64,000 nt of DNA from Adineta vaga (Eukaryota; Animalia; Rotifera), in assembly GCA_021613535.1 (NCBI GenBank), contig CP075492.1:1922001-1986000 (forward strand), written 5' to 3'. A program made the translations under genes and the position numbers. Below, piece after piece: positions 1-12,476 of the stretch (the first letter of the stretch is position 1; each line of letters opens with the position of its first letter). Below the pieces are notes generated by a model. It was not told the DNA's origin and ran no database searches. It saw only the letters and a list, made by a program, of their open reading frames with translations.

Positions 1-182
1 GATTAGAGCATATGTCCGAAGTCGATAGTGAGAGAAAAAGACATGCTTTTAAAATCATAAAAAATGAAAAGCAAAAAACAAGCATAATTATTTTCATTGT
101 CCAAAAGTAAACATCTATCGCTATCGTGAATCATTTTGGCATTGTATTATTTCGATTCTTGAAATTGAGTTTATTGATAGGC

Positions 183-270
183 GTAAATCAAAAGAAAACA
201 AATTAATCTATATGACTGAGATATGAATCAATTTGGTAAATCCAACTTTTGCTTTTCAGCAATCGATAAA
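183..270 (-). repeat. Dispersed ~90-bp repeat; other copies at ~6600-6680 and ~21301-21390 (3' end of the Penelope-like fragment)
   Basis: Shared core CAACTTTTGCTTTTCAGCAATCGAT with an aligned upstream AAACAAA.T.ATCTATAT block. The minus strand reads SIAEK(Q/E)KL; it is open in the 21.3-kb copy and has stops in the other two. Confidence 0.7.
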
Positions 271-1172
271 AGCCAAAAATAGCTTAAGAGAGGGTCCATG
301 AGAAAATAGACCTATTCACTGTAAAAAGTAACAGTATAGTACAAAACTCTTGTCTTGTCTTCAACATGCCAAAAGCTTTCGAGGGATTTTTAGACGACAC
401 GTACAGGGGGGAAACAGCCAACTCCAAATTTGTAACACAAGTTCTAAGGATCTTGAAGTGAGGGATTACAGTCGAAAGTATTCAGAGAAAGCTTAATGCG
501 TTGGAAGCCAATGTAGAGTATGCTCTGGAGTACGGGAGTATAGATAAAAAAGTGTTCAAATACTATCAGAAGGACTGACTACATGAGTCTATAAATGATA
601 ACCAACTTAAATTTTCAAAAGATTCTTTTAAATTATCAATAGTCTATCTCTTTTATTCGTGTAAACTGGTAATTGTTCGAGAAATCGTAATACTAGCAAA
701 GCTAATAATTATGTTCTATCGTTCAAAACATGACCCAATATAGGTTCAACAAGTACAAACATGTTCTTTTCCTGTTCTTTCATTGCCGTCCGAAATGTAC
801 AAATAATTGTCGCATAGAAAATACATTGTATATGATATTGGCACGTATTCATTTTGGCATTAACAACTGAGAAAATACTGACTACTTTAGAACATCGATA
901 AAGCTACTCAGCATGTGATCATCTATTCAAATTTTGTTCTTTTAATTTTTCTTTTTAATTGTTTGTATTTGAAAATAAATAAACTTATCCGATAAGCCTA
1001 ATTATAAAAAAAAGAACACTTAAGAAGATTAATGATAAGATAATTGAATCATAATCCGTGAATAATAGAAGCATATATGAGACAAATATTATATAAACGT
1101 ACTATAAGATTGTTTCGAAATATTTTCTCAAATCGAAACACATTCATTGTTGAAATTACATTCTTACAAAGT

Positions 1173-2600
1173 ATGGCATCTTCTATTTCATTACCTGCAA
1201 GAGTAAGTAAATGAACATTTGTTGAGAAGGAAATGGAATATTTTCATATAGATAACTACTACTTTATCTGTAACAACATCTTCAGAAACATTAGCATCAA
1301 CAACAGCTAGTGATAATATTAAATTAAAAAATGATTTCATTTCCAAAATCTCGGCATTGAGAAATGAATCATTGAATAATCCTATTTTTACGTCGGAACG
1401 ATATAATGAAACAGTTGAATTAATAAATAATGCAAAATTAAAAAGTAATTCTAAGAGAAATGATAAAGAAATATCATTATTAAAAACTTACGATGTAATT
1501 AATCTTGGTAATCAAGATAAATTAGTTAAGAAAATTCATGAAGGAGAAGATACTACAATTAAATATTATGTTCCGTTAAATGAGATTTATGATGTAATTA
1601 GAATGGCTCATTCAAATATAGGTCATCGTGGTATTAAATATACTTTAAAAGTAATTAAGAAACGATGTGCCAATGTCACTGAAAAACAAGTTAAATTATT
1701 TATCTCTAGTTGTGAAGAATGCAAAATGAAACGTTCCGAACCTAGAAATTCATCAAAATTAGTGATAAATCCGATTCTTTCAAACGATTTTAATTCTCCT
1801 GGTCAGGTTGACCTTATTAATATGCAATCGTCCCCCTGTGGACCGTTTAAGTTTATCTTGAATTATCAAGATCATTTTACGAAATTCTGTGTTTTACGAC
1901 CTCTTAAAACAAAAACAGCAGCAGAAGTCGCTTATCATCTATTATATATTTTTGCGATATTTGGCGCACCACTTATCTTACAGTCAGATAATGGAAGAGA
2001 ATTCACCGCTCGTGTCATTGAAGATCGTGCATGGCAAACCACGACATCCACAGTCGCAGGGATCTGTCGAGAGATGTAATCAAGACGCGAAACAGTTGTT
2101 AGGTATGCCAGAATGATATAGTTAATGCACAATATCTATTTTCCTATTTACGAATATGGATTCGTGAAAATGCTTGCACAAAATGGTCTGATGGATTGCG
2201 CTTTGTACAGTTTCAAAAAAATGCTTGTTTTCATCGTGTATTAAATAATAGTCCATACTCTGTTTTATTTGGGAACGAACCAAAATTAGGTTTATCCTCA
2301 ACGTCTTTACATCCATCTGTATTTAATAATATAACAACAGAAGAAGAATTAGCAGATAAATTAGGCGCATTAATAACTGATGAAATTAATAAAAATTCAT
2401 GCGCAAGTGATAATGAAGAAGAAGAATTAAATATTGTTTTTAATATGACACGTGATAGTGATTCTGAAGTTTCTGATGATTTACATGACGATGATCAATT
2501 AAATGTTACTACACAAAAAGGAAAAAATGATGAAACACTTACCAATCGATTTAACAGTGATGATCCATCGGTTATTCAGCTTCAGGATCGTCTTTCGATA
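1173..2600 (+). pseudogene. KRBA2/SCAND3-like (Ginger/GIN-type) DDE integrase/transposase, frameshifted
   Basis: ORF 1357-2079 has an H-x4-H...CEEC zinc module, QVDLINM and LQSDNGREF. The third catalytic motif HGKPRHPQSQGSVERCNQD lies in another frame after ~2020. The tail RFVQFQKN..SPYSVLFG is in ORF 2196. Confidence 0.85.
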
Positions 2601-2799
2601 AAAGTCCTGAATAGCAAACAAGCTGTTTTCACAGGCGTTCATGGCTTTCTTCACTATCTTCAAGAATTATTCAACTCATTCCTTATGGACAAGAAAAATA
2701 GGCGAACTAAATCGAATAATTCTACTAATGTAAGTAATCATCTTCATCAGGTGCCTTCGACATCGATGCTAAACACGTCTCTTTCAATTGATTCATCGA

Positions 2800-3208
2800 C
2801 AGAGATGGGCAACTCCAACTCTGGAGTTAGAGTTGTTTTTTTAAACAGCTGAGCTGAAGTTGGATTGAAGTTTTGAAAAATTGGATGGAGTTGGAGTCGA
2901 TAGTTTTTTTACAACTCCGATTCAACTTCGAAGAATCTCATGATTTTCAAGAGGAGAACAGCAAAAGATTATCTACAGATAGATGATCTTCACTAAATGC
3001 ACTGAGAGACAGAAAAGTAGAAGTATAGAAGGAGGAATTACGCGTTAACTGGTGATGAAACAGAATACTGATCATAAATTTACGATAAAAACGAGTTGCT
3101 TTTAGCCTTATTTAATTTCGACTCTATGGATCGAAGTTGTGATTTGGAGTTGGATTTTTAAAAATACATTCAGTTGGAGTGGTGTACTCTCGGAGTTGCC
3201 CATCTCTG
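2800..3208. mobile_element. hAT-like MITE
   Basis: 17-bp TIRs CAGAGATGGGCAACTCC / GGAGTTGCCCATCTCTG and internal GGAGTTGGA repeats. No TSD recognised. Confidence 0.75.
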
Positions 3209-3274
3209 TTTCAAAGTACGAATCAATGACAATAATAAATTTATTCACAAATCCACCGCATGTTGGGTTCTAAG

Positions 3275-3398
3275 TAGGGGTGGACCATTTAATTTAACGC
3301 CCGTTAATTAACGGTTTTCGTTAACGTTAATCGTTAATATTAACGTTAACGAAAACCGTTTACGTTTATTTTAAATAAACGTAAATGTCTCACCTCTA
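3275..3398. mobile_element. Small palindromic MITE (TAGGGGTGG termini); related end at 25010-25130
   Basis: TAGGGGTGGACCATTT ... AAATGTCTCACCTCTA, flanked by GTTCTAAG at 3267-3274 and 3400-3407. Internal CGTTAA repeats are shared with 25010-25130. Confidence 0.75.
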
Positions 3399-4427
3399 AG
3401 TTCTAAGAGAACAGAATCAAAAACTATCAACCGATCGAACACGACGAGTGACACAAGCAAAATGATGCTGTTGTTTTTGTTTAACATGAAATTAAAGTTT
3501 AATACTATGAATCTATCTTCTTATGACATAGTTATACTTCATTTTGGCGGGCAAATGCATGCAGATACGGATGATCTTTTTAGAGAGGAAGTAATACTTG
3601 TATATGAAGATTGTGTTTTAGAATATCATGCTATTTAATATTTCGATGCAGGCTATAAATGTGACATTCTGTTAGGAATACGGTGTAACTTGAAGAAGCG
3701 TTACGCGTACTTCAGAAGCTCATCACGATCCCAGTATGTAGAATAGATCATCTGTTTAAAGAAGCTACGACTCAGTACAATCTATATTACCTCGTTACTA
3801 AAGATTAGAGAATATTGTCTTCAATATTATCAATTTAACTTTCATTTCAACTCATTATCCTATGATAAAATATCATTCGTATGTAAACAAACTCTCGATG
3901 AGAAATCAATGGACTAAAATTCTAAGTTTCTGAGTTTTCTAGCAAATTGATACTGATGTAGTGTTTTGGAGTACTGGAGTATTTGGATCCTGGAGTGTCG
4001 TTTCCTCCTTACTACAATCGTAATTACAATCTACATACAGTTAGACACAGATTATTTGAGGAAAAATTTCAATCTAGAAAAGTAAGATAAATCATATATT
4101 TGATCTACAATGATATAAGTCAATTTTCATGATCATTGGATAGTTCTAAACCATTCAAAAAATATTTTTAAAGCATCGAAGATATATAACCGCTCAGATA
4201 AGTAAATGAATCATTAGAATATCTATTAAAACTTTTGTTTTTTTTGCTTTCTCTTATGTATTTGATGGATACTGGAGACACAGTCTTGTATCAAGAGGTT
4301 GGATTGGTATGAAAATTAAATATATCCCCTTTTATATGAAACGACACAAATAACACTCCTAAGGGATACTAATATCTCCAAAAACCTGAGAAAAAACGAT
4401 ATTTTTAGCTTATTTTAATATTTTTTA

Positions 4428-4470
4428 GGTAGGGGTCAAAAATGACCCCGCCCAGTACTGCAAGAGTTAA
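4428..4470 (-). mobile_element. Orphan piggyBac-type terminus
   Basis: GGGGTCAAAAATGACCCC palindrome followed by CAGTACTGCAAGAG-TTAA. Partner end not found. Confidence 0.4.
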
Positions 4471-4935
4471 GTTGTCTTTTTTATTTTAGACAATCTGTGT
4501 TCTAAAACTGCCTCCTTAAAAGTAAGTAATGTTAGGGCAGAGATCTATTTATTTTATTAATTGTGTTTCCTTCGAAGAAAAATCTAACTGTGAATACTTA
4601 TCTTTCTTTGTTCAGTATGATATTTTATATTGATTTAAATAATAAATACTTAGTTTGTCTTTCATATCTTGAATCTCTCTATATGCTGTTCATATATATT
4701 CTATAATCACAGTGAATAATAACTAACATCTGCTAATATAATGTGATAAAAAAATAGTTGAAAAAGGATGTAAAACTCTCTCGTTTCTTTATTGTCCAAT
4801 AGTTTTGTATTTGGTGCAAACATTTTATTATCGACATTAGATTACAATTGCATTTATTTCAAAAAATCTTGTTTTTTTTTCTCTTTTTGTTCTTTCTCTA
4901 TCGATTTTTGAATTTTCAAGATTCAACTGTTAATC

Positions 4936-6461
4936 ATGATAAATAATGATACAAATGTTCAAGATGTAATCTATTCAAACAAATCATCAACAATTTAACA
5001 ATTAATTCCCCTTTTCTTTCTCTTTATTTCTTTTAGTTTCAATCGAACAGTATTGATTCATCACAAACAAAAACAACAACAACAACAACAGCAGCGTTTG
5101 TTATATCGCAATTTATGCCGATAGAGAAAGAAGGAATATGATATTTTATTTTGTAGATATGTAGAAGTTCGAAAAAGAAAACGGAAATGTGTAATATTTA
5201 GTGTAATGGGAGTTATTGTAATCATTTTAGCAGTTGTCATAACTACTCAAATTGTTTTAACAAAGAAGAAAAGAAATTCACTAGCAACATCAACAATAGT
5301 AATGATGACAGATAAATCACCAACAACACAAATGACAACTATAACAACAACAAGTAAAGAAACACTCTCTACAAAAGTAATGACAACAGTAGAAGGTAGA
5401 ATTATTCTGATGAAATAACAGAGAACTGATCAGATCACGATACATACAAAATATTTGTTTTCATGTTAGACAATAGTTTTCATAATTCAAACTATTACTT
5501 TTCACATGAGCATTATTTATATCATTCGACAATATATTTGTTTTCCTTTATCTTAGTTATTAGTTATCCTACATGGAATAAAAATGGAGTTATTGTTGCT
5601 GGTAATCGTTGGCAAGGTAGTCAACTAAACCAACTTTTTGGTCCTGTAGGTTTTGATATTGACGATGATTTAACACTTTATATTGTTGACAGCGGAAATA
5701 GTCGTATTGTTCGGTGGAGAGTGAATGCAACACAAGGTGAAGTTATTGCAGGTGGAAATAGAGAAGGAGAAGAAATAAATCAATTAAATTCACCAATGGA
5801 CGTTGTCATCGATAAACAAAATCGTTCTCTCATTATTTGTGATCTTGGAAACCGTCGATTGTTGAAATTAGACCTTCATTATCTGGCACAAGAACCAACA
5901 ATTATTTTGAGAACTGCTTGTTCAAGTTTAATTATTGATAGTGATGGATATTTATACATATCAGACGCTTTTGAGTATGCAATAAAACGATGGAAAGAAG
6001 GTCAAACAAAGATGGAAGTGGTTGCAGGTGGGAATGGAGGGGGTACTGCTCTCAACCAATTCATTCGTCCTGATTATTTCTTTGTTGACAACAATGATGG
6101 TTCAATCTATGTATCAGATGGAAACAATTATCGTGTAACGAAATGGATGAAAAATGCAAAAGAAGGTGTCGTCGTTGCTGGCGGAAATGGTCAAGGAAAT
6201 GGTTTAAATCAAATAAAGTATGCTAGCGGCATAGCCGTTGATAATTCGAGTAATATTTATGTGGCTGACAAAGGCAATAAGCGGATCATGCGTTTTCTCA
6301 AAGGATCTCAATATGGCACTGTTATTTTGGATAAAAATGCAGAGGAACTCAGTGCATATCAGTTGCATAGTCCTGAAGATATTTTATTTGATCGGGAAGG
6401 TAATCTCTATGTTGTAGATAATGGAAGTCACCGTGTTAAGAAGTTTTTTGTAGATAAATGA
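4936..6461 (+). CDS. Membrane-anchored NHL-repeat (beta-propeller) protein, multi-exon
   Basis: TM segment and Thr-rich stalk (ORF 5206), then a last exon with repeated VAGGNG.G...QL..P..I..D....LYV.D..N.R units. Short GT-AG introns; start codon inferred. Confidence 0.85.
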
Positions 6462-6844
6462 CACTCAGATTTCATGAATGTTTGTTTCTTCTTTGTAAAA
6501 TTAGCTTTTGTTTTTTTGTCTCACTGTTGAATAAAATAATGAAAATGAGTACCATGAAAAATAAGAATGTCATTTTAAAAATTGATATACTATGCCAGTG
6601 ATAAAACAGATTAACTTGTATATCTATAAGACACAAATCAATCTGCTTATCTCAACTTTTGCTTTTCAGCAACCGATTCTATATAATATTGAAAATGATG
6701 TGCTTGACGGTGAGGAAGACTACCACAATACAAAGTATTTCAATATTGTTGAAATAGATTATAAAGTGGCAAGTATCTAAACATAGGATCACGAAGATCC
6801 AGTATAGAATACTAAAGATCCACTATAAAGTAGACCATCTGTCG

Positions 6845-7615
6845 GGGTGTGGGTGTCTCTTCTCTATTCACACCCACACCCACCCACACCCTCGCTGTTG
6901 CCACACACTAACCTCCCTTTTTACAGCGCCATCTTTTACACCCCCAATTTGAGTGGTCAATCGCCACAAAGATTGTTCAGAATAAAGTCGCCTTTGTCTG
7001 CTATGCCTATATAATGAGGAAGCAATCTCAGAGTTATTTCATTCCACTTCCAACCATTCAATTATCCAATTCTTCTATGATGCAACAACCATCAACAACA
7101 ACTACAACATCATCATCAAGCATCAGCATGAGTACTTGTACTCGGGCGACGCAAACAGACGGGTTGTCTTCAACAGCCGAATTATATCAATTGGCTGCCC
7201 ATCTACATCGCTTGACAGGCGAATTGGTACGTGCATGTCAGGCTCAAAATGAAGCACAACAGGTCACTGAAATGACCATGAATGTTGTTGTTGCACCAGC
7301 AGCACGTGAGTACTAAACTTTTGTGTGTAATAGCATAGATAATGTTCGTTTTTCTAGAAACAGCTGTTGTCGAAATAGCAACCGTTCACAGCCTCAGCCT
7401 TGACGACGTAAATGTGGACTGTATGGTCGTCGTATCTCAAATGTCGAAGAGGCTCGAACAAATGATAAACATGGATGAGTCCGTAACAACACCAACACCC
7501 ATCTCATCACCACGTCCCCTCTCAATCCGCCCATGCCAATTGCCTCACCAGTTTTGGTCATACCACAACGCGCAAATAATAGCACAATTGCCCAACGCCT
7601 TTCGTTGGAGCCGCG
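6845..7615 (+). repeat. Near-identical partial duplicate of 25510-26356
   Basis: ORFs 7014 and 25755 are identical. By eye there are 2 substitutions plus a 76-bp deletion (25551-25626). The copy ends mid-exon at GCCGCG. Confidence 0.95.
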
Positions 7616-7669
7616 GGTGAGGGTAGGTGGGTGTGGGTGTGGGCCTGTCTTCTTCACCCACACCCTCAG
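7615..7669. repeat. Telomere-derived fold-back patch
   Basis: GGGTGAGGGTAGGTGGGTGTGGGTGTGGG-CCTGTCTTCTT-CACCCACACCCTCAG. Confidence 0.85.
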
Positions 7670-9089
7670 CTGAAAGACATCACAATCTACAAAAATTACG
7701 GTACCATACAAACAGAATGATAAGGTGAGCTACAGTTGTTAACAAGCTCTCTGCAACAAAAGATAATCATCTCTGATATTTTGGTACGAAAGTATAGCCT
7801 GAAAACGACCAGCTATTCTGATTCTATGAGATTTGACTAAAATTAGTCGAGAAAAATGAGTTCAAAATCTGGAAGTGAAAAATCTATAGTCTTCAGCAGT
7901 ATTAATTTCTAACATCTCGTCAGTTTTCCTCAAGCATAGAAAATTCATCAGACACGCTCCGCAACTCTCATCCTAGGATAGGAAAGTGTTGGTGGATGTA
8001 CAGAACTCGAAGTTCGATAATGAGTGGGAATTTATCACCTGTAAACTTCCAGGATCATTTCCCTTGATGGTTGAGATTATGAAAACCGTTAGAAATGAGG
8101 AAAATAGACAAGTTTCAGTATTTTAATAAATTTTTTAAAGCTAAAAGAAGACCGGTAAAAAACTGGTGAAGAATGGCCGATCCGGTTCCAAGTCTGATCA
8201 CTAATATTGGTCGATAAATCATTTAATCGATATTGATTAGTTCGATTATATGTTTTTCACATTGATTGATCCTATTCTCTAATTCTTTCATTATAATTCC
8301 ATTTGATGAATAAGTAGGTAAATCAATAGTTAAGAAACATGTATGTAATCCTGAATTAAATCGCAGTTATACTAGTAATACAACTGTGATTGTACGTATG
8401 TGCTTAAGATATTATAATTATTCAACACGAACATAAGAGTGATTCACCATAATCTTGGGTGAGGTTGGGATGTAGATGAGGGTGAAACGTGACGAGATAC
8501 TTACACGTATAGCCTCGCACACCCAAGATAATGCCACAATATACGTATAATGCATAGTTTTTGTCTCTTTTTCGTATTCAATACCGATCGCTCTGCACAG
8601 TGCATTTATTAGTAATTCGACGTTATTAGATACGTCAAAAGGACCTGTTGAGACCAACTGTATAACTTATACTCATTGTGTCAGCATCGTAGGTCCAGGA
8701 TTTGTATGCCTAGGTGTTTTTAATGGGTAAACTTGTTTACCGATAACTTAGCTTTAATCAGCTGTTTTTTTCTTTTGACTGTTCCAAAATCATTCATCTA
8801 TCAATATAAAATTGATGTAAAAAATACTTTTGTTGATGCTATTATTTTATGTGTGATCAAAAGAAAAGCAAGTACAATATAATATGTAGACAGAACGAGA
8901 AAAAAACCAATAAAGAGGAAATATGACGATACTGCGAAGAATTTTATGAGAGAAAGAGACAGTAAGTCATCAATAAAATATAAATAGTTCAAAATATTTT
9001 GTACTGTAATGAAAAAAAACAAATTATAGAGATAGTACTTCGATCGACTGTTGTTAAGGATGAGCGTGCGAATATACGGATTCAATTTT

Positions 9090-10010
9090 TCATGAATGAT
9101 TATTTGTTCGTTTTGAAAATATTTGCATTTCTCTCTCTTTTACATTTATAATTTGTATACGTGTTACTTGTATTGTTTGACGTTGAAAATAAGTTTGAAT
9201 AGTTTGTCGTATTTCTCGATCTAATAACACATTACATAATGCTACAAGTGTAACTGAAAATGTTAAACAAACAAGATGTATAGAGTAAATTATATCATAG
9301 TAATGAATTGATAATATTATGTTTGGTATTGAAGCCATAAGACCAATACTAATTAAAATCATTGTATTTCGAAGAATTATTAAATCTCGTTTTTGATGTT
9401 GAATTGAATTACTCATTATTATTTGATTTCGTTTTATTTTATGAACTCGATTGAGAATATAGAAATAAACAAAAATAACCGTTAAAAATGGTAAAATAAA
9501 ATTAATTACAAAGAGATAAAGATCAATATTATTATATTCTGGTATTATCCAACAGAAACTTCTTGGATAAAAACGAGCTGTATCAAATATTAGAATAGGT
9601 AATGTTAGAAATAAAACAATTAACCATTGAGTTGAAATTAAAATATAATGTGTTTGAATTGTTGTTAACCATCGATATTTTGTTGATAAAATTACAAAAA
9701 AGAAACGTGATATAGCTTGAATCATAATTGAATGCATTAATTCTCCAATTGAAACATATGTAAAATAAGAACGAAATCGACACGTCAAATGACTTGTATC
9801 AGAAATAATAAAAATCATATAAATATAATCAATTAGAAACATAATTGAATAAAATATTGATATAAATGATGTATTAGAAATAAGTAAATGATTAACTGTA
9901 TGTAAACGGGGTTTTGTTCGATAAATTAATATCAAAATAAATAAATTAATCATTATACAAAGAATTGCAAATATTGATGAGATTAAAATTGTTGTTTCTA
10001 AATCATCCAT
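9090..10010 (-). CDS. Rhodopsin-like (class A) 7TM GPCR, intronless
   Basis: 306 aa with seven hydrophobic segments, C-R-F-R-x-Y before TM3, QAISRFF (DRY equivalent), an ECL2 Cys and D.EIR after TM7. Confidence 0.85.
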   Translation of the reverse strand: MDDLETTILISSIFAILCIMINLFILILIYRTKPRLHTVNHLLISNTSFISIFYSIMFLIDYIYMIFIISDTSHLTCRFRSYFTYVSIGELMHSIMIQAISRFFFVILSTKYRWLTTIQTHYILISTQWLIVLFLTLPILIFDTARFYPRSFCWIIPEYNNIDLYLFVINFILPFLTVIFVYFYILNRVHKIKRNQIIMSNSIQHQKRDLIILRNTMILISIGLMASIPNIILSIHYYDIIYSIHLVCLTFSVTLVALCNVLLDREIRQTIQTYFQRQTIQVTRIQIINVKEREMQIFSKRTNNHS

Positions 10011-10599
10011 GGTGATATAATGAAAAGAAAACAGAAAAATATCTATGTGAATCTACTAAAAAAAATGAAAGAACTCTCAGAGCGAAATGATTCTTTTTAG
10101 ATTAATTGAAGCACATAAATTATATATAAGAGAAAATCTTTTTAATAACACAGAAAATAAGTATGATGTGCTTCATTGAACTATGGAATCAATTCAGAAA
10201 CAAAATTTGGTTGATTTACTTTTTTTCTACATAAATGATCACATCATTATTTATGAGTAGAAAAAGCAAATTTTTGTTTAGAATCTTCGTGAAAGTTGAA
10301 AGATGTACGATGGAAATGAAAATGTTACAAATGATCAATTAAAACAGTGTCGAACATGTTTAGATAATTGAAGAGCAGAAAATATATGTAGAATCGCTTT
10401 TAAATATTGTAATATTCGTTATTTAGTTTGAATATGTTATTAAGGGTGTGGGTGTGGGTGAGTTTTACCACCCTTACACACCATCAAGATACTCACATGT
10501 GTAATAAATAAAATATATTTTCGACGAGTAATTAGTGAGATTATTTTATTTTATTTTCAAAAAGATTACAACAACTTACAAACATTTCAAAGCATACCA

Positions 10600-10825
10600 T
10601 AAGCCACAACGAGTGAGAAAAGGTATATTCAATGCATCCTTTGCAAAGAAAAGCACAAACACCAACAACATGAGTATCTACTATAGGAAAACATTCACAA
10701 GCACTATTGTTTGAACATCGATCATATGGGATTGTATTACAACTATTCAAGACAATTATATTTTAGATGAACATATAATATAAAATAGTAAACAAACCTA
10801 AAGTACTAAAATGAAATAAATTCAT
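10600..10825 (-). pseudogene. Signal peptide plus Cys-rich N-terminal gene fragment
   Basis: MNLFHFSTLGLFTILLYV..CNTIPYDRCSNNSACECF..GVCAFLC. No continuation found. Confidence 0.45.
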
Positions 10826-11668
10826 TTTTTAGTAAAATTCAAATAAGAATGAAATCTTCAATACGTCAAAAGAAGAAAAACGAAATAGTTCAGTGTTGAT
10901 TTTATTGTCATTGTAAATTGAATTGCAATGAGAAAATATATTGTTATAGAATTGCATCTATATGCTTCGTATATATATATATATATATATATCATTTATT
11001 GCAATGATATATCAAAATTGAAAAATGAATAGTATAATCCTTTGATATTTGATAAAATGATTTTGTTTCCTTGCATTTTAGTATATTTAATCGTTTTTTT
11101 AACAAAAAATATTCGACAGAAAGTTATTAAATCTCATGAGGGTATGAGTGAAGATGTAGATGTTTTTTTTGTGACACTTATACCGTTCACATTCATCTTT
11201 TCATAAAATATTTTAGATTCATAAAAACAGACAAAACGAATTTTATTTTAAAAAATCGAATAGAATTTGTCTATGTGCAAAAGAAAATTTTGTTGATTAA
11301 GTTCTTAACATTCCAAAAAATATAATTTATTGTACAATTTCATAATCTAGAAATCATTGGAGTATATACTTTTGTCTTCTGTCGTCAAAAGATAACTTCT
11401 ATGGTCACATATATAAAATTCGCACAATTCAGAACAAATGTTTCTACATGACTACGTCGATCCAAATTTCAAGTTTGATCAAAGTGATAACCTTATCTAT
11501 GTACTATATTAATAGTACGATATTCTTACAAGGTAAAAACTCTATTTATTCAATAGAACTGCTAGTTGACAAATGATTCTCTATTGGTTATCCTTTTCTG
11601 TAAGTAGTATTATCATCAATGAATTCAATTTGTTTGTATAATTTAAAAACATAATATTTTCATAAAAT

Positions 11669-11719
11669 AGGGTGTGGGTGCGGGTATATCTTCTTCACTC
11701 ACATCTACACCCACACCCT
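11669..11719. repeat. Telomere-derived fold-back patch
   Basis: AGGGTGTGGGTGCGGG-TATATCTTCTT-CACTCACATCTACACCCACACCCT. Confidence 0.8.
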
Positions 11720-12476
11720 AGGTACTGTGATCTTTCTCGTATGGTTTTCTTTTTCAAAATCAATTTAACTGTAACAGACGTTCTAGTAAATAATTGCAGT
11801 TGAATAAAATATAATTAAAAAACCTAGCTATATCTATTCAATTAGCTTTCAGGAAAACTATCGAATAGTCGCGATATATCACCAATTTCTGAGCGATTTT
11901 CATGACATGGGCTTGTATTGGCATCTGCTACTAGGGGAAATAGTATTATACTAGATCTTTTTTAAACCAGAAAACAGCACGTATTATCATTTATCTCTAA
12001 TCGATCATATTTTGATATAACTGAAATCATGCCTATTATATTTATTACTTGAAAATCTTGTTGACAACCTTTCTTTACAACAATACAATAAATCATCTTT
12101 AGAAATTTACTCAAAAGAATATTCTAGAAGATTCTGAATATTTTTCATAAAGAAAATTAATTTAAATTACTTCCATATGAATTTTTTGCAACATTAAACA
12201 AAATTGTTCACGATACAGAAATCAATTTCTATAAAATATACTTCAATTTTAAAATGACTTTGTTTCGAAAAACTTATTTTCTTGAAGATTTTTTATTATT
12301 ATAATTAATTAATAACAACAATATCAACATTTTGATTAATCGTAAGAGCAATGTCAGTATTCATGATATATAAATACAGCAAGAGCCTTATCAAGTGCAT
12401 ACAAATCTTTTTGAGCTTTCTCTCAAATAATATTTGTGAACTTTAACAGATCTCTGTTATTCTGATTATTATTTTA

